A DNA stretch of 64,000 nt from contig ML992511.1 in the NCBI GenBank assembly GCA_010093995.1, positions 425,316 through 489,315 of the forward strand. The letters run 5' to 3'. The position numbers and the translations under genes are program-made. Source of the DNA: Elsinoe ampelina (lineage: Eukaryota). This document shows, piece after piece, positions 12,091 through 24,682 of the stretch (the stretch's first letter is position 1; the number at the start of each line of letters is the position of its first letter). Under the pieces are notes generated by a model. The model saw only the letters and a list, made by a program, of their open reading frames with translations. It ran no database searches and was not told the origin of the DNA.

Positions 12091-15000
12091 TTGCTTAGGA
12101 TAGGTTCCTAATCTAGTAATCTAGAATTATTTACGAGGTAAGGTACTTCTCTAGTTCCTATGTTACTTCGCTATACTAATGTCTCTTCTAGTAAATAAGA
12201 TAGTAGCGTTTTTCTTTAATAAGTTTATAACGTAAAACTCTTTCGATCTTATACTATAGTTCCTATGTTTCTTTATTTAGTTCGATAGGTCTAGGTATAG
12301 TATTCTATAGTGCTTTCTCTAGTAGTAATATATAAAAGACTAGATAGATCCTTATATATCTTAGTAGTTCTAGTTTGTATATGTTCTTGTTTTTCTTTTC
12401 TAGGATCTTAAAGGGTCCTAGTTTAGTGTAGTTAAGTTTCTTACTTAGTTGTTTTATTTTAATGTTTTTACTAAGGAGGTAAACTTTCTCTCTCTCCTAT
12501 AGAATTAGTCCCGTAATTCTCTTCTAGTTAGTAAACTCTACTATTCTCTATAATATAAATAATATATCGTAGTATAGCTAGTTGTATAGTTTCTTAATGT
12601 TAGCTACTAGTATATTAGTATCCTTAGATATTAGCTTAATTCTAAGTATGTTATAGTATAGATCTAGGTATATTCTATAGTTTATATAGAATAGTAAAAT
12701 TCCATTTGCTAACTTTCTATTATTAATAGCGAGCTCTACGAGTAGTAATAGCGTTACCTATAAGTCTTACTTATAGTTTAGGTAGTATTATAGGTACTAC
12801 TCTAGTACTTAATTTGCCTGTTTAGTTTATCTATCTATCTATAGATAAAAGGAGGTTAATAGCTTATATTTAACTCCTAGTAGGTCTATAAATAATTACT
12901 AGAATTATAACGTAAATAGCTTATTTCTATTAGTTATTAGGTCTCGTAGTACTCTATATTATAAAACAATTATTTAGAGAAAGACAAAGGCTATATCCTT
13001 AGCTATTACTATTGTCTTATATAGCACGAAGTAGTAATACTTTATAAACCTATCTACTAGGACTAGGATACTATTATACTTTACACCTATAAGAGGCTCT
13101 TCTAATAGCGGTAAAGGTCCTATAAAGTCTATCGTAACTAATTGCTATAGTTTGTTAGGTAGTAGTAAGAGTTATAGTAGGCTATACGGCTTGTGTCGTA
13201 AGTGCTTAGACTTGTAGCATGTATTATATATAGCAATATATGTCTTAATGTCGTTTTAGAGTTCTTTCTATAGGTAGTTTTATGTAATAAGCTTAATAGT
13301 CTTATTAATCCTACTATATTCTACTATTAGGTTATTATAGTATATTTAAATAACTTCTTATTTCTATTCTTATATAAGCTCCTAGGTAAGGCTATATAAC
13401 TACTCTACCTTCGGGTACTTATAGACTAAAGCGCCGTCTTACTACTTTAGTATAGAGGTCTCTATTATCGTTATATTCTTTAAGTAGTCTAGTTGTCGGC
13501 TAAGAGCGTCTACTCCGCTGTTCTCTAATCCCTTAATATAGTAGATCTAAAAGTTGTAGCTTATAAGTGTTTCTAACTATCGAACCTGTTGTCTATTAAG
13601 AACCTTAGTTATTATCTAATATAGAAGGTTCTTATAGTTAGTATAGACTTATACTAGTAAGGTTGTCTCTTCTAGGTATACTTTCTACTTATAGAACGCT
13701 TCTATAATTGCGAGTAACTCCTTGTTATATATATCGTAGTTAAGTTTAGGTCTAGTTATTTTTCGTAAGTAGTATACAATTAGGTAGCGTCGTTCTTCTA
13801 TATCCTTCTATACTAGATACGCTTCTATTGTAAAGTCCGAGGCATCTATTTCTAGTAGTACTTATTAGTCTAGGTCGAAGAGTACTAGGATAGGTACTAT
13901 TATAAGCCTAAGCTTTAGCTCCTTAAAGGCCTACCTATATTTCTTGTCGAAGATAAAGCTAGTATCCTTTTTCGTAAGGTTAGATATTAGCGTAGCTACC
14001 TTAGAGAACCTCTTAATAAACTTATAGTAGTAGTTAAAGAACTCTAGTAGCGCTTAAACCTCCTTAACCGTTATAGGTTCTAGCTAGTTATTTACTAACT
14101 TAATCTTCTTTAGATCGGGTCTAATACTATTAGTAAATATAATATAGCTTAGAAATTATATCTTATACTTATAGAACTTACACTTAGAGAGTTTTACTAG
14201 TAGGTCTTTCTCTTTTAGTTTCTATAGTACTTTATAAATATGTCCTATATATTTGTTATATATCTTTAAGAAGATAATAATATTGTCTAAATATGCTAAG
14301 ATAAAGTTATTAAGGTATTCTTATAAAGTGTTATTAATTAACTCTTAAAAGGTTATAGGAGTATTAGTTAACCTAAAGGGTATAACGAGGTACTTATATA
14401 GGCCCTATTACGTTCTAAAAGCTGTTTTCTACTCCTCGCCCTCCTTTATTTATACTTAATAATAGGCGTCCCTAATGTTAATTATAGTAAACTATTTAGC
14501 TCTAAGTAGTTAGTCTTAAAGTTCGTCAATCCTTAGTAAGGGATAGTAATTCTTCCTAGTAAGTGTATTAAGTTTCTAGTAATTAATGTATATTTATAAT
14601 ATTCTATCCTTTTTTAGTACGAAAAGCACTCTATATACAATAGGTAATTTTAATAGTTATATAAATCCTTTAAGTAAGTACTTATCGATATAGTTCTTAA
14701 GGACATTCTCCTCTTATTTCGATAGTAGTATAAGACCTTAATAGTGTATTAGGGATTTACCCTCTTTAAAAGGTATTTCGTAATTCTATAGTTTATATTA
14801 GAGTAAGGCTATAATACCTTCTCTTTCCTTAAATAAGTCCTTAAAGTCTTTATATTCCGGCGGAAGTACTTAATTGCTTATACTAGCGATAGCCTTAACT
14901 ATTAGTTATACCTATACTATTCTTATAGTTAGTATCTATAGAGCTAATTATACTCCCTACGTTCTATAATTATACTTAGGAAATTCAAGTGTTTCTTTAA

Positions 15001-17504
15001 TCTAGTCTACGTCTAGATTATGTTATTAAAGCTAGTCTATACTAAGTACTATATTATACTATATATTAACTATATTAATTAATTATTTTTCCGTGTATGT
15101 TTCGATTTAGATTATAACGTTTCGTAGTTCCTAAGTAACTTTCCCGTTCTTCCCTATAGAGGTTCTATCCGCTATAGTAAGTAGGTAAGGTAACTCCTTC
15201 TAATATTAATAAGGTTTAAGCTAATTAGTAACTGTCGTAGAGACGTAGCTATAGTTAGCTCTCAAATCTATTATTACTCTTACCTTATTTTCTTATATCT
15301 AGACTTCTAGTATAAAGTAATTTAATATATAGATCTTTATTATATTAAGGCTATAGCTAGTGTTGTTGTCTTACCTTATTAGGTAATAACTAGCTAGTTT
15401 TTTGTTATTATAGCTCCTTAGATAAGTAGCTAATCCCTTCCTATATATATCTACTATTAGTACTATATCTATTAGGTAAGTCGTGTTTTATTATTGTTTA
15501 ATATAGCGAGGTAAACTTCTAGCGCCTAAGTCCCTTAGTAACTATAAAGTCTAATAATCCTCTACTAATTACACTAAGTAATATTATATACCTATATCGG
15601 TATAACTATTCTCTCCGGATAGAGCTATATATTAGCGTTAAAGACAAACGCGAGTTAAGTAGATTCGTCTTATTATGTCCTATTCTAGTAGTAGATATAT
15701 ATTATTATATAATTTCTCTATATTCCTATAAGGTATACTTTAAGTCGTCTACCTAGTAGTAGTATATCGTCGTCGTTGTTATTATTAGATAAGTTCTTAT
15801 CTATGTTATTATATTATAGTTGTTTAGTATATTCTTTATTATATTTCTCTTCGTTGCTACTGCCCCTAGCGTAGTTATAGTTAGTAAGGCTACACTAAGT
15901 ATACTCTTATACTTAGCTATAGGGAATAGTACTACCTATCTTAATTACTAAGAAGTCTATAGTATATTTAAGACTAATAGTGTCTTCTCCGAGTATATCG
16001 TATAAGTAGATAGAGTAGTACTATTTGTAATTTAGATTTATACATTTCTAGAGCGATATATAATATGCCTTTCCTTATAGTTTACTATAAGGGCTAAAGG
16101 TAAAGCTACTATATTATTATATAGCACTTGCGTCCTAATACTTCGTCTTAATAATTGTATATTAATAATTGTCGCTAACTACCTTCTAAGGTTAGTTAGT
16201 GTTACTACTAATTATAGAGAACTCTTCTAGGTCGAGTCTCTAGTCTAGCTATTTTGTTAGTTGCCTATACTTAGATAGCTTATATAGAAACTAACTAGAT
16301 CCCTACTTGTCTAATAAGTAAATATAACAAGAGTTATTATAATATACTATCTATAATAGCGTTGCATATTAGCTTTATTATTTACTATTAGTTATAGAGA
16401 TATCTAGTATAATATCTAGAGAGAATTCTCTTGTCTCTCGAGTTGTCGTAGACTTCTTCTATATTTCCTTACCTATGCTAAAGGTCGTTAGGTCTTCTAT
16501 AGTAGTGTCGGCCTTTTTTTTTTCTACTAGCCTAGTAACTATTATATATAATCTATCGGCTAGTGCCCCTTATTAGTAGTCCCTAGCCTAATACCTAGGT
16601 CTTTTACACTTAAAATATAGATTGTCTCGTCTATACTTCTCTCTCTCTTTTCTACTAAGGAACTTTCCTTTATAGCTACGGCCTTATACCTATAAGGAGT
16701 AACCTTCGTATATAGCGTTAAGTTCTATAGAGTCTCTATAGTTTCGAGAGGAACGCGTATATCTAGTGTTTACCTTATATTCTCTACGACGTTCTATACA
16801 TCGTTTATAAAGTTAGTTATTAATAGTAATTATAGTATCTACTAGTTCTTAAAGACTATTAGGTAGCTTAGGTATTATCTAGTCTTTAACTAAGTCGCTT
16901 AGTCCTTAGTAGAATACTAAATGTTTAGTACTATTATCCTAGTCTAGGTGCATTACGAGTTGTTAGAACTAAGAATAGTACTAGGCTATAGACCTATGTT
17001 ATTATAGTTATTAGATCTTTGTCGTAGCGACGTATTCCTCGTTAGATACGTTAAAGACCTACTTAATCTTTGCCTAAAAGATGCTAAAGCTCTTAAAGAT
17101 AGCCTTTATATCTAGGCTTAGTTATCTATCTAGGTAGCTACTTATATAAGGCTTAAACTACTCGAAGGTAGCGCCTTTAAGGTGTATTCCGGCATAGAGA
17201 ACCTTTACTACGTCGTTAGCGTATTTATCTCTCTCTAGAGCAAAGAAGGCTTTAAGTTAGATAAGGAAGTGCCTTAAGTAGGCGTAGTTCCTATAGAAGG
17301 ATTCTACCTCTAGCTTAGGCCTACTTCGTTCTTCCCCTATACTAAAAGACCTTTAGTATTTACTCGAGGTTAAACTAGTAGTAGATATGTCGTTAATAGT
17401 AAGCTTTCCTAGCTTACTAGTAATTAAAGATACTAATAGTAACTTAGAGCGAGAGTTACTTATTAACCTCGTAGCGTACTATACTATAGTAAGGGTAGTT
17501 AAAA

Positions 17505-17967
17505 TGTTATAAACTGTCTAAATATAGTCTACGCTAGTAGTCTAAGCTAAGCTAAGAACGAGGTAGTTCTACTTCTATAGTAGTATAGCACTAAGGTAAG
17601 AGTTAAAGAAGGTATATCTTATAGATAATAAAGTACAATTAGATAGTATTATAAAGGCTAGCCTTAGCAATACTAGTGTTCGCTATCTAGACGAGGTTAA
17701 CTATAGTACTTATATAAGGTAAGAACTATTCCTATATACATGTATTCTCTATTATATTCTCTATATACTCTATATACTCCGTAGCGAAAGCTAGGGGCAG
17801 TATAGAGTATATGTCTACTAGTAACCTACGCGCTCTATAGTCTCTAGGGTAGAGCTACTAGAGAAGATAGAGAACTAGGTAAATGTCAAGCTAGATTACG
17901 TAATAACCTTAGTAGTTTAATTAGTCCTAACATCTCTATACTCTAGCTATTCTACTGGTTCGTAATA
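17505..17967 (-). repeat. 5' LTR of Gypsy family B
   Basis: TGTTATAAAC...TTCGTAATA, 463 bp, colinear with 10941-11403. Confidence 0.9.
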
Positions 17968-18558
17968 GAGGGCTACCTTAAGAGTTAATCTCTAAGTATT
18001 GTAGTTACTTCCTCTCTTAAGAATCTAAGTCTTAAGTATTTTTATTAATCTAGATATAATAATAGTAATTAGCTAAAGGCCTATTAATTTAATTAATATA
18101 ATTAGCTTATTTAAGCCGTTTAAGCCGTTTAATTAAAGGGTTAATGCGGGCTACTATAAGTGTTTATCTTAATATAGCTAGTCTAGAATTTAGTATAGGC
18201 AGCTTAGTAATCCTTTTAATAATAACACGCTTAATTTGCTATAGCTTTAAGTACTTTTATAGAAGCGCCAGGCTTATAACCTGTTATAACTAGCAAATCG
18301 GATCGAGAGACGTGTTTTTCATTTAGAGAGTTATAATAACCGATTTATCTACTGTGCGTGCGCTGACTTATCAGTACCAGTTCTTCAGTACCAGAGAAGC
18401 TGTACCAGCCTTCCATTACAACACCTCTGTGACAACCTTGCCCTGAGCAGATCGTTGACAACAATGTCTCAAAACATGCGACCTCATCTCTTCCGTCTGG
18501 CGTAGCTTCTGCATTCCTACCAGGCTGCTGGATATTCGTCCTGCCCTTCTTCGGCGCA

Positions 18559-19293
18559 ATGACTCGGAACATGCCATCCGCAGTCGATGGCAAGACTACT
18601 ACACATCACCATGTAGACTCGGCTACAGGCAGCTTGACAATTGTGGCGGCGGCGCATGGCTATGCCTTTGAAGTCAAAAAGGGTGAACGTTTTCGTGTCA
18701 TCGATTTATATGGCGAGCAAATAGTCGACTTTGCCGCCTGGGTGGCTGACAGTCATCTGGTCGAGAAATTGTCAATGTCGTACACGCGATATCACCTGTC
18801 TGGGGTCACGCCTGCAGTCGGTGAATGCTTGTGGACAAACAAGGACGAGCCAATTCTCAAAATTACTGCCGATACGGTCAAGGTGCATGACATGACCTTC
18901 ATGAGCTGTTTCCCTCAACTCTACGAGAAGTTGGGCTTGTCCAACCACAGGTCATGCGCGTCCAACATTGCCGAGGTCATGGCGCCACACGGTATGCGTT
19001 CATACTTGGAAGTCACCGACCCGTTCAACATTTTCCAGAATACGCCCAACTACGCGTTGAAACGGCTCGGATCCAGTAAGCCGGGCGATTACATCGAATT
19101 TGAAGCACTGAAGGATACCATTTGTGCGGTCAGCAGCTGTCCATACGACCTTGATGGTGTGAATGGAGGAAACATCACAGACATAGGCATCATGACCGAC
19201 TTCGTCTGGGATGCGTCCGCCGCCGTGTACTACCAGATGCCGGAGTGCAGCGGGGACTCATCAATCCCTGCACGCTCCTCGCAAGGTATCTAA
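18559..19293 (+). CDS. DUF1989 / urea carboxylase-associated family protein
   Basis: Intronless 244-aa ORF with family motifs (VKKGERFRVID..GEQ.VDF, HD....C, RSC..N, PFNIFQN, SKPGDYIEFEA..D..CAVSSCP). Confidence 0.8.
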   Translation: MTRNMPSAVDGKTTTHHHVDSATGSLTIVAAAHGYAFEVKKGERFRVIDLYGEQIVDFAAWVADSHLVEKLSMSYTRYHLSGVTPAVGECLWTNKDEPILKITADTVKVHDMTFMSCFPQLYEKLGLSNHRSCASNIAEVMAPHGMRSYLEVTDPFNIFQNTPNYALKRLGSSKPGDYIEFEALKDTICAVSSCPYDLDGVNGGNITDIGIMTDFVWDASAAVYYQMPECSGDSSIPARSSQGI

Positions 19294-20656
19294 GCAATTC
19301 TATGCTGGTCCGATCTTCCATTGTCCGTCATGAGGCCAGGTTCTGCACATGCTCTCCGGTACGAGCAGATGGCCCTTGGTGCGTTGTCTCCGTTGATAAT
19401 TTTACACCTCCAAGACGGAGAAATCTATGCCACATGAGCCATACACAAGGCAATGTGCCCAGTAAAGCTATTGGAAATGTAGCCAAAGAATCTGATGGCA
19501 ACCATGCCCTGTCGAGACGCTGTCATTACAACCAACATGAGGCACAGCAACTGTCAACATCGGAACCGAGGAAACATGTCATCTACATTGCCTGAATCTG
19601 AACTTTATCCTCCGGTGAGGGGCACCATGGCCTTATGAATCTTATGAGCGCCGCTATACAATTTGCATGCATGCCAGTCCTGTGACTGGCTGCCGGGAAA
19701 ATTGGACGCTTGCGACATCACCATCCGAACAGTGCAAAGCCAGGAGAGCCGCGGGTACCTGACGCTAGAAGACATCTGACCGGAACCTTGAGCATCCTGA
19801 TTCCTGGAGCCGCAAGGTTTCGGTCTGGATTCACCGCACCCAAATTCGGACATGGTCAACTATGTCTCCTTTACCTCGCTCCTTGATGGATAGGAGTGCG
19901 TCTCTCACCATACCACCATCACGAACCGTTCTACAACGGCTCAGTCCTTCAATCCCGTCATCCTGGCCGTTGTTGTCAAGCCTTCTCGTTTTTCGCGACA
20001 CGGGAAACGGCCAGGATGTGCGAAGCAAGTCGAGGGGGTGGGGCCTGACAAAAACGCCCTCCCGCAAACTATTTGGTCGAAGCGCCGGATGTCCATCCTC
20101 TCTACCATCGCATCATATGCGGCACAGTCGTCCAAAAATGAGACATACATCTCACTCGCAGCAACAAGGCAGCCACACTGCGCTACGCATCATTTCCCAG
20201 TCGACTAACAGCGCAAAAATCCACTGCTTCACCGGTAGAAGTGGCCGAGGCCAGCATTCGCGCATCGCCGTTGGACCACCTCAGCCCCTGCGTCCTTCCC
20301 TTACCCGTCGCCGTGTTCCAAACACGTCCGTGGTCAATCTGCCCATACCACCACGTGAGGATCTTGCTATACCCGAAGCGGACGTTTGCACTGCTGCACC
20401 GTCTCCTTTGTCATGACGCGCTGCCTGCTGATATACCGTCTGCTCCCCCAGCCCGCCCTGTAGGTGCTCTCTCTACCCGTCACCTGCCCTCCCACGGTCT
20501 TTACCAAGCCATATTTGCGAGCTTGTGCTGTCACTCCTTTGTAGCACACTCGCGTCCATTCTCTTATATACTTTTCATAGTATCCGGTGTTTGACAGAAG
20601 CAAACCTGGGTTGTTCTGAGATCCGTGAAGCATACTAATACGAAACCCTGCCAAGC

Positions 20657-23232
20657 ATGAGGGTTATATCTGTATGTTACCGTCTTGAAACTGTCCGGGT
20701 ATCAGGACTACAACTAACTATTCATAGACTCTTGCGGCGCTTGCCCTGACTGGCAGTGCTGTCGCTGGTCCTCTACATGGAAACCATGGCAAACTCCACC
20801 GTCGTAATGGTCGGAAACACCCCGGCTTCCACTACATTCATGCCAACACGACCACATCTGCCATTGGTAGTGGTGTCAGCGGTAGCTCACCGAGCTCATC
20901 GATAGTCGAGCCCTACCCTGCCGACCCTTCTATTCCTGCTCCTGCCGCTCCCACAACCTCTGACTCGGGCTCTGCTATCGTAGCGCCTGCATCAGAATGT
21001 GGTGCAAGTCCAGAGACTGTTGTCGAAGGAGTGGCCACAGAGACACAGACGAAGACCATCACATCGACACTTACCTACACAACCACAGATGGACCCTCGA
21101 CGTACGTCACCACTAGCACGAAGGTTGAGACCATCAAGATCATTGTCAAGTACACCACAATCGTTGTCCCCGGACCAAACTCCCCAGCACCTACTAGCCC
21201 ACCTACCACAGGTAGCAATGGGGGCTCATCTTCGGATGATGGCACTGTTCCCGTCGACGGGGAGTCTGTACCATCGACTGGCGGCAAGAACTCCAACGGC
21301 AATGGATCTGGTAGCGATTCCTCAAATGGTTCCGGTAGCGGATCTGGCAATGGATCTGGCAACTTTCCCGGCAATTATCCCAGCGATGGCTCGGACAATG
21401 GCTCCGGTAATGGCTCAGAAAATGGATCAGGAAGTGGTTCCGATAATGGCTCGGGCAATGGCTCCGGTTCTGACTCCGACTCTGACAATGACGGCAATGA
21501 TGATTGGGAGGACGGTTCCGGCTCTGATGGTAGTGGCAGCACCACTACATCGGTCCAAGTCCCTCCTTACCCAACCAATCTTCCAACCTATCCCAATGGC
21601 ACAGCATCTTACAATGGCTCCTACCCCGTCACTCCCGGTCTTCACTTTGGATCAAAGACCAAGAAGACCAAGAAGCACAAGAAGACTAAGAAGGTGAAGA
21701 CCACCACGAAAAAGGCCATCAAGACTACTCCTATCCACAGCACCAAGCGTCGCAACCCGACCTCGTCTTCTGCTGTTGTCGTCAACCCTGTCAAGACTTC
21801 CTCATCGACGACTACCGCAAGGACCTCTGCACCAACGACTCGTGCTCCCACAACTCGTGTCTCCTCCACAACTTCCAAGACGACTACGAGCTCGACCAGT
21901 TCTGCTGTTGATGGCGTGCCTCCTCCCAACCAGACCGGCGCGAACACCGTCAAGGGCTGCCAGAAATGGTACACCCCTGTGTCCGGTGACTGGTGCTCCA
22001 AGGTAGCCGATGCCAATGGCATTACTGTCTCTGATTTCATTTCTTGGAACCCATCGGTCGGATCCGACTGCACGACAATGTACGCCGGTTGGTCTTACTG
22101 TGTCGCTATCAAGATCGGTGGCGCATCTACCACGGCATCGCAGCGCGCATCTACCACCATCCAGACCACTGTCCGCCCTACCACTTCTCCGGCTGTGCCT
22201 ACCACAACGACGGCCTCTGCTATTACCACACGCGCCACCACCACTCCTGCAACATCTGCCGCCCCCACTGGCGTCCCGGCTCCCTCTCCCATCCGCGAGG
22301 ACGTGCCAGGTTGCACTAAGTGGGACCTAGTCGTCAGCGGTGACACCTGCGACGTCTTCGCTGCCCGTAACGGCGTCAGCTCCAGCTCTATCATCTCCCT
22401 CAACCCCTCCGTCGGCTCCAACTGCGGCGGCCTCTGGCTCGGCTACTACTTCTGCGTCAGCACCTCCGCCAGCGGCACGTCCCCCACCACCTCCCGCGCG
22501 GCCACCACCAGCACCACCCCCTACCCCTCTTCCACCGCCAACCCCTCCCCCGGCGCCTACCACGTATACCGCGGCTCCGGCAGCGTCGCCGACGGCTGGC
22601 CCAGCCAATCCCAATGGCTCGACTTCGACACCATGTGGCGGACCAACCTCCCCAACATCGGCACAAACTGCGGCTGGATGACGGACCCCTCTGGCGCGCC
22701 CGTCGTCGCCAACACGGCCCAAGAAACCGCGGACCTGCGCTCCGCGATCGTCAAAATCGCCGACGCCAACTCCCTCCCCCGCTCCTTCGTCCTCGCCATC
22801 GTCCAGCAAGAATCCAACGGGTGCGTGCGCGTGCACACCACCTTCAACCCCGTGCGCAACCCCGGGTTGATGCAGACGCACAACGGCGCGGGCACGTGCA
22901 ACGACAAGAGCCAGAGCTTGTACCTTCTCTCGCCGCAGTGCACGGCCAGCCGCATCGAGCAGATGGTCATCGACGGGGTGCAGGGCACGACGGACGGCGA
23001 CGGGCTGGTGCAGACGGTGGCGAAGTCGGGGTACGCGAGTGGGCAGGTGGCGAGGTGGTACGCGGGCGCGAGGATCTATAACGGGGGTGAGGCGGGGGGC
23101 AATTGGAATAGGCAGGATTTGAGCGTCACGGCGGGCACGAGGTGTTATGCTAGTGATGTGGCGAATCGGTTGACGGGGTGGGCGCAGGGGACGAGTGGGT
23201 GTGAGGATGCGGTGAGGGCGGGGACTTTGTAG
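20657..23232 (+). CDS. Secreted protein: signal peptide, G/S/N/D- and S/T-rich linkers, two LysM (CBM50) domains, C-terminal lysozyme-like (GH23/SLT-fold) domain
   Basis: Exon 20657-20671, intron 20672-20727 (GTATGT..CTAAC..TAG), exon 20728-23232 give MRVISTLAALALTGSAVAG. Two fungal LysM repeats (C.KW..V.GD.C...A..NG......NPSVGS.C..L..G..YCV). The C-terminal domain has LAIVQQES, GLMQ and ARIYNGG motifs. Confidence 0.85.
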
Positions 23233-23626
23233 TTGGGTAGAGGGAGAGGGGGGAGAAAGGGGTTGTCATGAGTGACGGCTGTTGACGAACAATTTTGTTG
23301 GTGAGAGCGAGGTTCTTTGTGATATGATTTATGGATTGGTGGATTTGGATGTCTGGTTTGAGATGGGGCAGGCATAGATACCTATTTGTTCTTCTGGAGA
23401 TACGTTTTTTTATTGCATAATGTTCTTTTCGATGAGCCAGATCCCGTATAGGAGCTGTGAAGAAGATGGTTGGGCTCAAAGATGTGCATCCGGAATGTGA
23501 CGACTTACACTCCGTGGCGCTCGGTCAGACGCTGAGAGAAGCTGCCACTTGCAGGTAATCGTCGCATACAAAGAACTAGTGCACTGGGTCGTACGTTGAA
23601 ATGATTGATATGTTGTACATCATCTA

Positions 23627-24429
23627 TCATACACTTGTCTGAGACTGTGTCGTATTTGGATTGATGGTTGTCGGGTCAATAGGCGGGATGGGCATCTTGC
23701 CCGATGCCAGTCTCCCAGCTGTGTCAGCCAGGTTTGGCTGTGGTAATTGTACACGTGGTCTTCGCAGTTCTTGCTCAGTTATCGGGTTGGCGACTTTCGC
23801 GATGCCCATCACAGGTGGGTCGCCTTTCCTCACGAATTCATATTGACCTGGTTCCTGTTAGCTTGCTAGCTCAATCCCGAGTGAGCGTGCTTCTTACCAG
23901 GCATCTTATTCCCCGCCAGACGAAATGCATCCTTGACCACCTGCTCGTGTATGTCTCCCTGCAACTCAAAGATGATCTTGCTGATCGCAACTCTGCTTGC
24001 CCAGTGATCGAAGCTTCCTTTCCCCTTACCCATACGAGTCTCATTCCCTGACTTGTACACACCGATATCAGCACTGATCCGCGTGTACAATCGATACTTC
24101 ATGCCTCGAAGTCGTTTCTTGATCGCTTCCTCGCCGTTCTTCAATTGTGCTGCTGATATCCTCCTGTCGTGATCGAGTAGTCGGAGTCCGTAGTTTCCCC
24201 ATACGACTGTGGTACCACGCATTGATCCTCCTGTGGGCACTCGCGGTCGTCCTTTGCGATCCTTCTTATTCTTTCCCGATCGTGGCATGAGCCAATTCTG
24301 GTGTGTTGGCGTTGATGAGAAAGGTCGGCTCTTTTGCGTCGACAGAACGGGTAGTCGACATTGTGAGCATACCGCAGGTCGCGTCGTGCCGAAAGTCAAG
24401 CCCTGCAGTGTCCGAGATAGCGAGGACAT
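23627..24429 (-). CDS. MRPL16: Mitochondrial 54S ribosomal protein L16 (uL16m)
   Basis: KGRPRVPTGGS.RGTTVVWG.YGLR...RMGKGKGSFDHWA motifs; presequence-like N-terminus; intron 23848-23897. Confidence 0.95.
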
Positions 24430-24682
24430 GGAAGTCCATGGCGTTAATTGTCGCATCTTCCCGTTGGTGTGAAAGACAACCCAAGCGACTGATCGGCCTC
24501 GGGAGCTCGAGAAAGTCCTCGGCGGCAAAAGTTCGGCTAAATTCTGTTAATTGAAAGCGCGATGCCATCGGCGTGAGCGCGTTCCGCGTTTCTGGAGCAA
24601 CTTTGGGAAAGAGCTGCTCGACCAAAGCTCCAATTTGAGCAGCCATTGCAGGGATCGAGCGCGCCTGCTGCCTGAAATCAAG
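24430..24682. promoter_or_regulatory. Compact bidirectional promoter MRPL16/RFC1 with MCB-like CGCG cores
   Basis: 253 bp between divergent ATGs; CGCG cores at 24558, 24578 and 24585. Confidence 0.45.

Larger units (their letters stand above)
10918..17967 (-). mobile_element. Full-length RIP-inactivated Ty3/Gypsy chromovirus (family B), ~7.0 kb
   Basis: 463-bp LTRs at 10941-11403 and 17505-17967. TSD GAGAG (10913-10917) / GAGGG (17968-17972), one transition apart. Minus-strand RT (EYLNNFILAYLDNIIIF, ~14270-14320), RNase H, integrase and chromodomain (YKIERVLRY...YYLIY*KR...T*ELE, ~12150-12265). PPT next to 11403. Confidence 0.92.
1..18373 (-). mobile_element. RIP-degraded Ty1/Copia LTR retrotransposon (host element, interrupted by two Gypsy insertions; 3' part outside the window)
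   Basis: The minus strand at ~730-960 reads YIRCFGYRAYIY...KF*ARV, the Copia post-integrase HLRVFGCxAY...K..PRA motif after de-RIP. Gag-like fragments at 2038-2796, 10735-10917 and 17973-18050 rejoin across the TSDs. A Copia-type PBS GGTTAT(G>A)AGCC lies on the minus strand at 18271-18281, abutting a TG...CA segment at 18282-18373 (candidate 5' LTR, boundary uncertain). Confidence 0.65.

Noticed and set aside
1..18280. AT-rich blocks as organellar DNA or an alternative genetic code
   Set aside because: TpA excess, CpA/TpG depletion, transition-dominated LTR differences and TE motifs all indicate RIP.
19245..20654. Overlapping ORFs upstream of the LysM gene
   Set aside because: No recognisable domains; most likely promoter and 5' UTR.
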